Shown one piece after another: positions 42,831 to 52,584 of a stretch of DNA of 64,000 nt. The notes beneath the pieces are model-generated. The model ran no database searches. It saw only the letters and a program-made list of their open reading frames with translations, and was not told where the DNA came from. Origin of the DNA: Planctomycetota bacterium (lineage in GTDB: Bacteria; Planctomycetota; JAJSAM01; JAJVHW01). Numbering within the stretch: the stretch's first letter is position 1; each line of letters begins with the position of its first letter. The stretch covers positions 800,001 through 864,000 of the forward strand of contig CBDFJG010000003.1 of NCBI GenBank assembly GCA_965248445.1, in the 5' to 3' direction. The position numbers and the translations under genes are program-made.

Positions 42831-43991
42831 TCACTCACCTTCCAGGAACCAGGAGACATCCGTTCGCAGCCACGCCGCGACGCGCTCAGCCGCGATCCCG
42901 TGCGCGCGTCCGTTGGGGTGGTGATCCACCTCGTGCACGCGCAGTTCCCGCCAGTCGATTCCCTTGAACGCATCCGCCAGGTCCAGCACCGGCAGCCCGG
43001 CCTCTCGCGCCAGGCGCGACCACGTGTCGTGTGAACTCTGCAACGGATACACGCCGCCGGCTCGGGGCATCATCAGCGGGAAGAGCACGATCGCCACGTC
43101 GTCCGTGCCGCTCTCCGCGAGCTCTTCGAACGCCGACCGCGCGGCGGCGATCCCCTCGGGATTGACTCCCGGATCGTGCGCGTCCCGGTACGCCGCGAGC
43201 GTCTCGTCGGTGACCCGGCGCATCCGCCGCGCCGACACCGCCGCAGACGCCAGCGCCGAGGCGCGCGCCCACCAGGGGCGTGCGTCCTTTCCGTGGACGT
43301 ACTCGGGGACGACCACGATCAGGTCGTACACCTTGTCCATGCGCGCCTCGAGCGAGGGGCCGAGCGGCATGTCGTTCACGATCACCACCACCAGCGTCTT
43401 CGACGAATGGAACCGGTCGCGGATGAGGTCCGCGTTCTCGACGTGTCCGTCGATGTTCGCTCCCGGGCGGCCGCAGTTGACGACCTCGTGACCGTCGCCG
43501 AGGAGAGCCTGCAGATGGGCGCTGAGCGTGCCGCCCCGCTGCACCCCGTTCCCGAACACGAACGAGTCCCCCACGACGGCGATGCGCTGCACACCGGCGG
43601 CCGGATAGGCCGAGGGCGCCTCTCCGCGGAGACCCTCCATCGGCACGGCGTAGTCCACGCACCAGGGCGTCTCGTCGAGTCTGTCGAGCGGGATCTCCTC
43701 GGGTTTGTCGAGCCAGCGGAACAGCCGGTGCTGCCCGGCGACGACCGGCGGAACCGGGCCGAACGCGCCGTCCGGATTGGTCGGGAAGCACTGATAGCGG
43801 ACCGTGGGATCCGTCGTATCCAGGAGCATCCGTGAGCCAATCGCCGGAGCGCCGAGACCCCGCCCCACGCGGAACACGACCTCCGCGACGAGGAGCGCCG
43901 CGATCAGCCCCCCCAGGACGGCGGCCACGCGGAACCCGCGCCTCGGTTTCGGCGTGTCCGCGTCGTCCGTCCGGCCGGGGTCGCTGCTCAC
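42831..43991 (-). CDS. SGNH/GDSL hydrolase with N-terminal TM anchor
   Basis: Motifs VGDSFVFG, N.G.PG, ND, DHHPN; start approximate. Confidence 0.88.
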   Translation of the reverse strand: MSSDPGRTDDADTPKPRRGFRVAAVLGGLIAALLVAEVVFRVGRGLGAPAIGSRMLLDTTDPTVRYQCFPTNPDGAFGPVPPVVAGQHRLFRWLDKPEEIPLDRLDETPWCVDYAVPMEGLRGEAPSAYPAAGVQRIAVVGDSFVFGNGVQRGGTLSAHLQALLGDGHEVVNCGRPGANIDGHVENADLIRDRFHSSKTLVVVIVNDMPLGPSLEARMDKVYDLIVVVPEYVHGKDARPWWARASALASAAVSARRMRRVTDETLAAYRDAHDPGVNPEGIAAARSAFEELAESGTDDVAIVLFPLMMPRAGGVYPLQSSHDTWSRLAREAGLPVLDLADAFKGIDWRELRVHEVDHHPNGRAHGIAAERVAAWLRTDVSWFLEGE

Positions 43992-44007
43992 GACGGCACA
44001 GGGTAGG

Positions 44008-47000
44008 TCAGCGCCGCGGCACGTCGAGCTGGAAGGACGCGAACTTCGGGTCGGGACCCCACGTCGCAATCCCGATGCGCGTCTGGCCCGCGATGGGCCG
44101 CACGGGGACGCGATCCAGCACGAGCGCCGTGCCGAGCCACACCGTCAAGCGGCGGTCGTGGTAGGTCAGCACCAGCTTCCGCGTCTCGGCCTCCGCGAGG
44201 TCCACCGGCGGGCACTGGTGGAACAGGCGCTGGTAGCGCTCGAGTTCGGCGCGCAGCACCTTCTTGCCGCCGGAGTGCAGGATCAGGTTCCAGCCGGAGA
44301 GGCCGTCGGTGCCGCCGTCGCCCTGGAACGTCACGAGCATCTTGGGCGCCTTGTCGATCGGCAGGACGAGGTCCATCGTCAGCCGGAACTCGTCGACGTC
44401 CTTGGTGAACTTGTCCTTGAGCCACATCAGGTTCGAGGGGTTGTCCTTCGTCACGCCCGGACGGACCGTGTACTTGCGCCACGCGACCCTCTTGTCCGTG
44501 GCGGCGCCGGAGAGCAGCTTGTTCATCACGACGAAGCGGCCGGCCGCGACGTCGAGCTTCGAGGTGAACGACTTCTGCCGAAAGTCGTGCTTCGTGACCG
44601 GTTTCCACCGCTTCGGCGGATCCGGATGGAGCGGCACGGCCGGCGCCGCGTCGTCACTTGCGAGGGCGGGCAGCGGGCTGCCGTCCGGCTTGCACACCGC
44701 GACGCTGAATCCCGCGACACCGCCACCGTTCCTGACCCTGACGAGGATGCGGTTACGCCCTGCACGCAGCGTCCACGGCAGCCGCAGTCCGTCGGCGACC
44801 ATCTTGTGCGGTCCCCGCCACCCGGCGCCGCGGCTCGAGTTGGTCCCCGGCCAGCGCAAGCCCTCGACCAGGTCGCCGTTCACGTAGAGCGTGACGTCGT
44901 CGTCCCCGCGCACGTGGAACGCAACGGGTGTCTCTTCTGGCACCGTCACGTGCGTCAGACCGTAGCTCGCCGTGTGATCCATGTACGCGTACTTGACGTC
45001 GACCCACCCGGTCGAGCGGACGGACACTGGACCCGGGTCGGTCACCTTGCGCCACTTGCAGATGTTGCCCTTGCCGGGGTACTCCGCCGCGAAGTCGATC
45101 TCGTCCTGCGGCGGGAAGATGCACGCGCCTGGATCGGTACCCTTCGTCGCGAACGGCCCGATCACGCGCCAATCGAAAAGGACGCCGAGCTCATCGCGGG
45201 CGATCGTGCGCGCCGCCTCGTGCTCCTCGCGCTCCGCTGCCTCGATCACCCGCCGCATGACAAGGTCGCGCTTCAGCGGCGAGTTCTCGAAGCCCTGCAC
45301 GTCCTCCTCGGCCCACCTCACTGCCCGGTCACCGTCCGCGAACGCACTCATCTCGAGCCGGACAGCCTCCCGGTCGCTCTCGACCAGGGGCAGGCGGAAC
45401 CTCACCAGGTCGTCGAAGGCGGCCTCGCCGAAGTGCCGCATCAGGTAGAAGGCCACCGCCCGCGCCACGTACGTCGTGCGGCCGTCGCGAACCGGAGCGT
45501 CCCGGTAGTCGCGGAAGAACCCGCGCAGCGGCTTCCAGTCGTGCCCGCTCTTCCGCTTTGCGTAGGTCCGGACGAAGTGCAGGAAGAAGCCGGCGCTCGG
45601 GCCGTAGTTCGGGATGCGCCAATACGCCAGATCTCGCGCGACGTAGTCCTTCTCGAAGTCGGACAGGTTCTTGTCGAAGCCGTGCAGGCTGTCCGAGGTC
45701 TGCCCAAGCGCCTCGAACGCGAAGACGGCCCCGACGTTGGCGAGTCCCTCGCGCCATCCGCCGAGAACCGGTTTGGTGTCGTCGATGCAGTGCGTCAGTT
45801 CGTGGTAGAGCAGGCCGGTGTCGAGACGGGAGCCGCGCCGCTCGGGATCCGCGTTCCCGATGTTGATCTGCTTCCCGCCGCCGGTCCCGCCGCTGAACTC
45901 CCACAGCTCCTTGAAGTACACGGTCACGCGGTCTCCGGCCGGGTTCGGGACGCGTCCGAACAGGTCGGTCAGGAACACGTACGCGACGTCGAAGCGGCGC
46001 TTCGAGACGGCGGAGATGCTCTCGATCAGCGCGCGCGGCCCGATCAGAATGAACTCCTGCATGGGCAGCGTCGCCGTGCGGCCCCACGCCGGGTTGTCGA
46101 CGACACCGCTCACGAGCGCCGCCTGATCCGGCGGCACGTCGGCGACCCACGTCTTGTCCAGGGTGGTCAGCAACTCCTCGGACTCGTCCCGCAGGTCCTT
46201 CTTCTCGCAGAAGCGGAGTTCCTGGAGCGCGCGGCGGGCGGGGGCGTAGCGCTTCTTCGTCAACCAGCCGCGCGCCGTGTCGAGGAGCTTCCGCGACTGG
46301 CCGCGCTTCTCGACGGCCGCATCCGCCTCGCTGATCTCCTCCTCGGTGATCTGCAACAGAAGCGTCTCACGGACGTCCCACTTGTCCTTCTCGGCTCGCG
46401 CCGCCGCGTTCACAGCGCCGAGCACGGCCTTGTCGGCCTCCTCCTGCAACGAGCCGCCGATCGCGTCGATGATCGCGAGCGACGCGTGGTACTGCTTGCG
46501 GTCGAAGAACCGGCCGGACATCTGGCGCATGTAGCGGCGCTTCTCGTCGGCGATGCGTGCGTCCACGATGCGTTGCTCGACCACCGAGACCGGTGGCGGC
46601 GCGAAGTCCCCCAGCGCAAGCATCGCGTCGCGGAAGAGGTACTTCTCCCCGTCCTCGACCGCGCGGCGGACACCCGCAGTGAGCGCGCGCCAGGCCATGC
46701 CCTTCTGCCCCGCCGTGGCAAGTCGCGATGCGGCGTCCAGAACCTCTTGCGCGCCTCCCTTCGACACAGCGTCGAGCGGAGGCAGGTCGATCAGCGCGAC
46801 TGCCGCGAACCCCGACCTGTCCGGGAAGCCGTTCTGCGGCGGCTGCACCTTGCGCGTCTCCGGGTCCTGGAACCCGAGGTGCACCGTCAACTGTCGCGGC
46901 GGCTCGATCGCATCGCCGAGCGGCAGCGGCACCGGCACGGTGTAGGTGACCTTGGTCCCCTTCTTCCATGTGCGGGTCGGCGGCTCCGGTCCGTGGTCGA

Positions 47001-47238
47001 GAGTCAGCAGCCGCTTGCCGCGATGCCGCGCCCGCAGCGCGACTGTGTACGCCGCCGCGACGTCCTCGAGGGGCGTGAACTCGAGAGTCAGCGTCGCCTG
47101 CGCCGTCGTCGCCGCGTCGCCGTCGTCCACCAGCACCCGCACGTCGATGGGCGCGGCCTCGTCCTGCGCCGAGGCGGCCAGGGGGCAACCGGCCGCAGCG
47201 ACCAAGAAGAGCGCGAGTCCGAGTCTGCAGCGGAACAC
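44008..47238 (-). CDS. Large secreted multidomain protein with HEXXH metallopeptidase motif and jelly-roll domains
   Basis: Signal peptide from GTG 47238; YHELTH...REG; W.VIGPF...GDDDVTLYVNG...L.AG.N.ILV beta-sandwich motif. Confidence 0.75.
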   Translation of the reverse strand: MFRCRLGLALFLVAAAGCPLAASAQDEAAPIDVRVLVDDGDAATTAQATLTLEFTPLEDVAAAYTVALRARHRGKRLLTLDHGPEPPTRTWKKGTKVTYTVPVPLPLGDAIEPPRQLTVHLGFQDPETRKVQPPQNGFPDRSGFAAVALIDLPPLDAVSKGGAQEVLDAASRLATAGQKGMAWRALTAGVRRAVEDGEKYLFRDAMLALGDFAPPPVSVVEQRIVDARIADEKRRYMRQMSGRFFDRKQYHASLAIIDAIGGSLQEEADKAVLGAVNAAARAEKDKWDVRETLLLQITEEEISEADAAVEKRGQSRKLLDTARGWLTKKRYAPARRALQELRFCEKKDLRDESEELLTTLDKTWVADVPPDQAALVSGVVDNPAWGRTATLPMQEFILIGPRALIESISAVSKRRFDVAYVFLTDLFGRVPNPAGDRVTVYFKELWEFSGGTGGGKQINIGNADPERRGSRLDTGLLYHELTHCIDDTKPVLGGWREGLANVGAVFAFEALGQTSDSLHGFDKNLSDFEKDYVARDLAYWRIPNYGPSAGFFLHFVRTYAKRKSGHDWKPLRGFFRDYRDAPVRDGRTTYVARAVAFYLMRHFGEAAFDDLVRFRLPLVESDREAVRLEMSAFADGDRAVRWAEEDVQGFENSPLKRDLVMRRVIEAAEREEHEAARTIARDELGVLFDWRVIGPFATKGTDPGACIFPPQDEIDFAAEYPGKGNICKWRKVTDPGPVSVRSTGWVDVKYAYMDHTASYGLTHVTVPEETPVAFHVRGDDDVTLYVNGDLVEGLRWPGTNSSRGAGWRGPHKMVADGLRLPWTLRAGRNRILVRVRNGGGVAGFSVAVCKPDGSPLPALASDDAAPAVPLHPDPPKRWKPVTKHDFRQKSFTSKLDVAAGRFVVMNKLLSGAATDKRVAWRKYTVRPGVTKDNPSNLMWLKDKFTKDVDEFRLTMDLVLPIDKAPKMLVTFQGDGGTDGLSGWNLILHSGGKKVLRAELERYQRLFHQCPPVDLAEAETRKLVLTYHDRRLTVWLGTALVLDRVPVRPIAGQTRIGIATWGPDPKFASFQLDVPRR

Positions 47239-47367
47239 AGCCGGACGGTAACACCCGGGCGCGTCCCGAAGCGACCGTGCGCCGGGACGCACCCGACCCT
47301 TCAAATTGAGGACGGTTCCCGCTATCTATGAGGCGGGGCTGCTGGTCGCACCTGGCGAGGAGGGAGC

Positions 47368-49242
47368 ATGCGGGGAACGACGAAGTTCGCGGCACTGGCC
47401 GCACTGATTCTGGTTGCGACGTCTGCGCCGACGGGCACGGCGGCGACGACACAAACGTACGAGGACGGCGACTTCGCCCCGGCCGACTGGGATTCCGTGC
47501 CCGTCGGCCCAGCGGGGGGCGCCACGTCCCTGGCGCGCCAGCCGAACGGCGGGGTTCCCGGAGCGTACGCGGAAGTGACGACGACAGCCGCTGCCGGTGC
47601 AGCCGCGCTGTGGGGCTTTCACATCAACACCACCGCCGTGTACGACACCAGCACACTCGGCGGGATCGACACGGTGAACTACTCCGAGAGTTCGCGTTCC
47701 TCAGGCGGAGTCATTCAGGGAATCCACCCGGCGTTGCGTCAGGCCGGGAAGCTCTACGCCCACATCACCGCCCTGATCACGACGGCCAATCCAGCGGCCT
47801 GGGAGCGGAACGACGTGTTCGGCATGAGCGAGGCCAGCTTCCGAACGCAGGCATCGAGCTCGGACCACCCCGATTTTTCCCCCACCGGCGGCCCGATCGA
47901 ATTCGGGTTCATGCGGGCGGTGTCCGCAGAACTCGATCGCAAGGGCCACATCGACAACTGGAAGGTCACCGTCAACCCGCCGCCCGGCGTCAATCTCCCC
48001 CCCGAGATCCGCGCCGAGTCACACACGACGATTCAGTTCTCGGCGGCAGGCGGTGGCGGCACGGATGTCACAGATCAGGTCGTGAGCCATGCGCCGGCCG
48101 ACGTGACGGATCTGTCCGAAGCCTCCGGCTCGGCGGGCGACAACTCCAACGTCGTGAACGGCGGATCCCAGGCGCGCGCCGGGCTTGCAGGCGGACTGGG
48201 CGCGCGCAGCGGGGCATCCACCGGCATCGGCGCCGGGTTCGTCGAGTCGATTCGATCGACGTCCCTCGCGAGCCACCGCCGCGTGTTCTACGCCGAGTGG
48301 AACGGCAGCGGTCCGCCTCCCACCAACTTGCAACTGAGCCTCACCGTCGGTGCGCACGGCACACTGGGACTTCGCGACCTGGGGTTCGACAATCCCTCGC
48401 CTCCTGCGGCGGACGACGTCTTCGCGAAGGGACGGGCGCGCGTCAGGCTCATCACCACCTCGAACGGCACGAGCACCCCGTTCGACGAGAGTGTCACGCT
48501 GTTGTTCGGCTCGACCAGCGCCACGCCCCTCTGGACCGCCCATGTGTCGCCGGGGGCCGACGCCCAAGGTCGTCCGATCACGACCCTCTCGTACAACAAC
48601 ACCTTCCCCGGACTCCTCTCCGTGCCCCACTCCGAGGAGTTCGCGATCGAGTACCTGCTCGAGACCGAGGCGTTCGTCGCCGCGCGTGCGCCACAGTGGG
48701 GAGCGTTCGCTGATTTTTCCGACACGCTGACGCTTGTCGTCGCCACGGACACCGCCGACATGGAACTCGTGGAGGTGTTCCCCGACCTGGACCCGACCGA
48801 GCCCACCGCCGTGACGGGCAAGCGATTGACGAAGCTCGCCAAGTTCTTCAAGGAGAAGAAGAAGGACGAGACGGCGGAGCTGCTGCTCGGCGACGGCACG
48901 TGGGCGCTCCTGGTCGACCGCAGGCGGCGACTGGCCGGCACATTCACGGTGAAGGACAAGCGCGGCAACAAGCTCTTGCTGACGCTCGACGACGCGTCGC
49001 TGGAGACGCTGCTGGGCGGCCTTGGGTTCATCACCCCGGGAGAATCCGAGAACCTCGGATTCCTCGCGGTCGCGCTGAAAGCCGGCAAGGTGCCGAAACT
49101 GCTCGTCGCGAAGAACCGCAAGGGCACGAAGGTCAAGGTCAAGGTGAAGATCAAGCTCGCCGTCACGAGCGAGGACGTCACCAAGAACGGGGTGTACTCG
49201 CTGTCGTTGAAGGGCGCGCTCCCAGCACTACCGGCGGAGTGA
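47368..49242 (+). CDS. Secreted hypothetical protein with basic C-terminal domain
   Basis: RBS GGAG, signal peptide, acidic beta-rich body, Lys-rich last ~140 aa. Confidence 0.8.
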   Translation: MRGTTKFAALAALILVATSAPTGTAATTQTYEDGDFAPADWDSVPVGPAGGATSLARQPNGGVPGAYAEVTTTAAAGAAALWGFHINTTAVYDTSTLGGIDTVNYSESSRSSGGVIQGIHPALRQAGKLYAHITALITTANPAAWERNDVFGMSEASFRTQASSSDHPDFSPTGGPIEFGFMRAVSAELDRKGHIDNWKVTVNPPPGVNLPPEIRAESHTTIQFSAAGGGGTDVTDQVVSHAPADVTDLSEASGSAGDNSNVVNGGSQARAGLAGGLGARSGASTGIGAGFVESIRSTSLASHRRVFYAEWNGSGPPPTNLQLSLTVGAHGTLGLRDLGFDNPSPPAADDVFAKGRARVRLITTSNGTSTPFDESVTLLFGSTSATPLWTAHVSPGADAQGRPITTLSYNNTFPGLLSVPHSEEFAIEYLLETEAFVAARAPQWGAFADFSDTLTLVVATDTADMELVEVFPDLDPTEPTAVTGKRLTKLAKFFKEKKKDETAELLLGDGTWALLVDRRRRLAGTFTVKDKRGNKLLLTLDDASLETLLGGLGFITPGESENLGFLAVALKAGKVPKLLVAKNRKGTKVKVKVKIKLAVTSEDVTKNGVYSLSLKGALPALPAE

Positions 49243-49272
49243 CGGACGGCGCCGCAACGTCAGGCGAGAAGT

Positions 49273-49308
49273 GCTGTGAGCACGCGGCGCGAACCGCGTG
49301 CTCACAGC
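49273..49308. terminator. Probable bidirectional terminator hairpin
   Basis: Perfect 15-bp stem GCTGTGAGCACGCGG-cgcgaa-CCGCGTGCTCACAGC between convergent genes. Confidence 0.65.
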
Positions 49309-49328
49309 TGGGGTCGATCGATGCGCGG

Positions 49329-49757
49329 CTAGTTCGACTGAGGCGCGAGACCGCGCTCGGCGTACAGCTCGCTCTCGGCGCGCCCCCAGTCGGCGCGGGC
49401 GTTGCCCGCACGGCGGCCGCCGTCGATCCAGAGCTGGTGCGCGCGAGCGCGAATCTCGCTCGCGCTGGGAGGCAGAGCGACGGCTTTCTTCGCCGCCTTC
49501 TTGACCGTGGGGGCCTTCTTGATCGTGGCGGCTCTCTTGACCTCGGTGGTGCGGGCGGTCTTGCGCTTCGGCGCCGCCGTCTTCTTCGTCGTGCTCGCCC
49601 TGCGCGCAGCCGGCGACGCCTTCTTGGCGGCCGTCGCCTTCTTCGCGGGAGCTACCTTCTTCGCGGTGACGCGCTTGGCCTTGGGCTTCGCCGCGAGGCC
49701 GCGCTTCGCGGTGCTCTTCGAGTTCTTCTTCGTCGGGTTCTTCTTCTCTGGCGCCAT
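49329..49757 (-). CDS. Histone-H1-like Lys/Ala-rich protein with C-terminal DUF2934-like domain
   Basis: ATG 49757 after GAGGAG; repeated AKK/KKA; C-terminal EIRARAHQLW..GG...G....DW..AE.EL. Confidence 0.8.
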   Translation of the reverse strand: MAPEKKNPTKKNSKSTAKRGLAAKPKAKRVTAKKVAPAKKATAAKKASPAARRASTTKKTAAPKRKTARTTEVKRAATIKKAPTVKKAAKKAVALPPSASEIRARAHQLWIDGGRRAGNARADWGRAESELYAERGLAPQSN

Positions 49758-49985
49758 TTCACTCTCTCCTCGGTCGCTTCCGGCGACCTTCAGCTTGGTT
49801 ACGACCTCGTGGGATTGCGCACCACCGGAAGTGCGCAGAATTGAATGTCTCGCAGGGTCCCGGGAAGGACTTCCGGGGACGCGCCCGCGACAACCCCGCA
49901 TTGGATCGCACCGCACGGTGGACGCTCAGCAAACCCTGCGCGAAATGGTGGGGAATTCGCGGATTCCTGCCGCCCCCGCACGCCG

Positions 49986-51206
49986 TCAGCCAGCGTGGAG
50001 CTGCAGGTCGCGGACGATGATCTCTGACATCTCGAGGCAGGTCCCGAGGTGCGGGTGGCGGACCACGAGATAGCCGTCGGAGAGCAGGGTCGCACGCCAG
50101 TTCCGGCGGGGTGCCCCGACGGGCAGCAGCTCGAGGGAGCAGATGTGCTCGCCGAAGCGGGCGAGCACGCTCGAGAGCCCCTCGATGCGCTGGATCCGCC
50201 CCTCGCCGTGGGCTCGCTTCACGATCTGGCAGACGTTCCAGCGGCGCTCGACCGGCTGGCTGATGCGGCCGTGGCAGACCGCCTCGGCCCACGCCGTGAA
50301 TCCGTCGAAGTCACATGAGTAGTTCATGATGTCCACGGACCGCGCGCCGGGCGGACGGCAGCCGATCTCGCCGAACACGGCCTCGCCGGAGGGCTTCAGG
50401 AACCACTCCATGTGCGTGAATCCGTCTCGATAGCCGAGCGCTTCGAGCACGCCGAGGCCGAGGTCCAAGCCTGGCCGCAGGGGTCCCGCGCCGGGCTCGC
50501 GCAGCGCGACCATGCGCGGACTCACCCACTCGTGGGAGCGCGCGATCAGTGGCCGAGGCAGGTACCAGGTCATGTTGTGGTACAGCGGGCGGCCGTCGGC
50601 GCAGATCGTGTCGAACGTGTACTCCTCGCCGTCGATGAACTCCTCGACGCTCACCTCGGGCACGTGCTGGGTCATCTTCAGCACACGTTCGAGATCGTCG
50701 GGCCCGTCCACGCGGTGCGTGTCGGCGGATCCGGCGCCGGCGATCGGCTTCACGATCAGCGGGTAGCCGATCTCCTCGGCGCCGGCGCGCACCTCTGCCT
50801 GCGTGACGGCACGGCGGTGGCGCGGCGTCCGGAGTCCCGCCTCGTCCAGCACGCGCTTCATGACTTCCTTGTCTCGGAAGGGAATCGTCTGCTCGTAGCT
50901 CATGCCCGGCAGCCCGAGCGCGTCGCGAAGTCGCGCGGCCAGGAACATGCCCGGCTCCCAGAGGCACTCGACGCGGTCGATGCCGCGGGCGCCAGGCCAG
51001 CTGCGCACGGTGTCGACCATCGACTCCTCGTCCCACAGGTTGCCCACCTGCCGGTAGTCGGCCAGCGAGTCGCGCGCCATCTCGGGCAGCGCACCCGCCG
51101 GTGAATCGCCTACGCCGACGACCTCCGCACCGACCGCGGCGAGCCCGCGGCAGAAGAACGGCATCTCGGAGGGGTAGCCCGGGGAGATGAACAAGACGCG
51201 CATCAC
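49986..51206 (-). CDS. ATP-grasp ligase (paralogue A)
   Basis: Motifs RDKEVMK, GYPLIVKPIAGAGS, EEFIDGEE, HMEWF, EIGCRPPG. Confidence 0.92.
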   Translation of the reverse strand: MMRVLFISPGYPSEMPFFCRGLAAVGAEVVGVGDSPAGALPEMARDSLADYRQVGNLWDEESMVDTVRSWPGARGIDRVECLWEPGMFLAARLRDALGLPGMSYEQTIPFRDKEVMKRVLDEAGLRTPRHRRAVTQAEVRAGAEEIGYPLIVKPIAGAGSADTHRVDGPDDLERVLKMTQHVPEVSVEEFIDGEEYTFDTICADGRPLYHNMTWYLPRPLIARSHEWVSPRMVALREPGAGPLRPGLDLGLGVLEALGYRDGFTHMEWFLKPSGEAVFGEIGCRPPGARSVDIMNYSCDFDGFTAWAEAVCHGRISQPVERRWNVCQIVKRAHGEGRIQRIEGLSSVLARFGEHICSLELLPVGAPRRNWRATLLSDGYLVVRHPHLGTCLEMSEIIVRDLQLHAG

Positions 51207-52432
51207 ACGACCTCCACCTGTATGCGGGACACCAGGCGGCCGAGCGCCTCGTGGACGACCGCGGTCTCGGGGTGGCGCACGATCGCGAAGCCCTCGCCCT
51301 CGTACGCCGTGGTGGTCGGTTGTCCGGGCACCGGCAGCCGGGCTTCCACGACGTCCACGCCGAGGTCAGCCAGGCCTCGCTGCGCGTCCTCTAGGCCGTG
51401 GAGCGCCTTCACCCGGCCGCTGCCCTGCCCCCGGAAGAACGCCGCGCCGGTCGAGTAGCGCCGCTCGGGCGTCTGGAATGACCCGTGCACGACCACCCGG
51501 GCCCATGCGGAGAAGAGGTCGAACTCGTTGGCGTAGGAGTGGAGCGGCACGAGCTGTGCGCCCGGCGGCCGCATGGCGATCTCGGAGATCGCGAGCGACC
51601 CGTCCGGCCGCCGGAACCACTCCATGTGCGTGATCCCGGTGTCCATGCCGAGCGCCGCAAGCGCGCGCGCAGCGGCCGACCGGATGTCGTCGTACCGGGG
51701 ATGCTCGACCTCGCGCGGGACGAGCACGCACCACTGGATCCACGGGTTCTCGACCACTTGCAACGGCGTCGGTAGATAATGGCTGAGACCGTGCCACACG
51801 TGGCGGCCGCCGATCGATAGGGTCTCGAACGAGTACTCGTCGCCCTGCACGAACTCCTCGAGCAGCGCGTCGCGGCCGGGGGCCGGGCGCAACACGCGCA
51901 GCGCATCCGCAAGCTCCGCTTCGTTCTGCGCGCGGAACGTCGCCTTGGCGCCCGCGCCGGCGGGCGGTTTGACGACGAGCGGGAACCCGACCTCGCGCGC
52001 GAACGCGAGCGCCTCCTCCGCCGAGGACGCGCTGCGGTGCCGCGCGCACGGCAGGCCGGCCTGCTCGAAGACGGTCTTCATGCGCGCCTTGTCGCGGAAG
52101 TTCGCCGCCACTTCCGGGGACGCGCCGGGGATGCCGAGAGCGGCCCGCACCTCGGCGATCGCTTCCTGGAGTTGCTCGAGGGTCGCGAGCAGGCGCTGCG
52201 GCGGCCCGCCCATCTTGCGCGCGATCGCACGCACGCCGTCCGCCAGGGTCTGAGCGTCGAACGCGCTCTCCACCTGGTGGTGCGCGACGAGGCGGGACCG
52301 CAGGTCCTCCGGGAGCCTCTCGGCCGGCTGCATCGCCACGACGCCGAGCCGGACTCCAGGTACCGCAGCCACGGCCCTCACGAAGCGCAGCGAGATGCGC
52401 ACCGCGAAAGGCAGGACGAAAACGACGTTCAC
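51203..52432 (-). CDS. ATP-grasp ligase (paralogue B)
   Basis: Motifs RDKARMK, GFPLVVKPPAGAGA, EEFVQGDE, HMEWF, EIAMRPPG; GTG 52432. Confidence 0.92.
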   Translation of the reverse strand: MNVVFVLPFAVRISLRFVRAVAAVPGVRLGVVAMQPAERLPEDLRSRLVAHHQVESAFDAQTLADGVRAIARKMGGPPQRLLATLEQLQEAIAEVRAALGIPGASPEVAANFRDKARMKTVFEQAGLPCARHRSASSAEEALAFAREVGFPLVVKPPAGAGAKATFRAQNEAELADALRVLRPAPGRDALLEEFVQGDEYSFETLSIGGRHVWHGLSHYLPTPLQVVENPWIQWCVLVPREVEHPRYDDIRSAAARALAALGMDTGITHMEWFRRPDGSLAISEIAMRPPGAQLVPLHSYANEFDLFSAWARVVVHGSFQTPERRYSTGAAFFRGQGSGRVKALHGLEDAQRGLADLGVDVVEARLPVPGQPTTTAYEGEGFAIVRHPETAVVHEALGRLVSRIQVEVV

Positions 52433-52584
52433 CGAGTCCAAGCGCCCCCTCCAAGCTACCGCTGCGCCATCGGGAAGCACTTTTCCCGGGCGTGCGGGGC
52501 CGAATCCAGCCCAGACTAGCGCCGCCCACGACCCGCGCCACTATCGGCGCGGGCGGAGGCACCGGGAGGCGAGCGCGTAGGACC

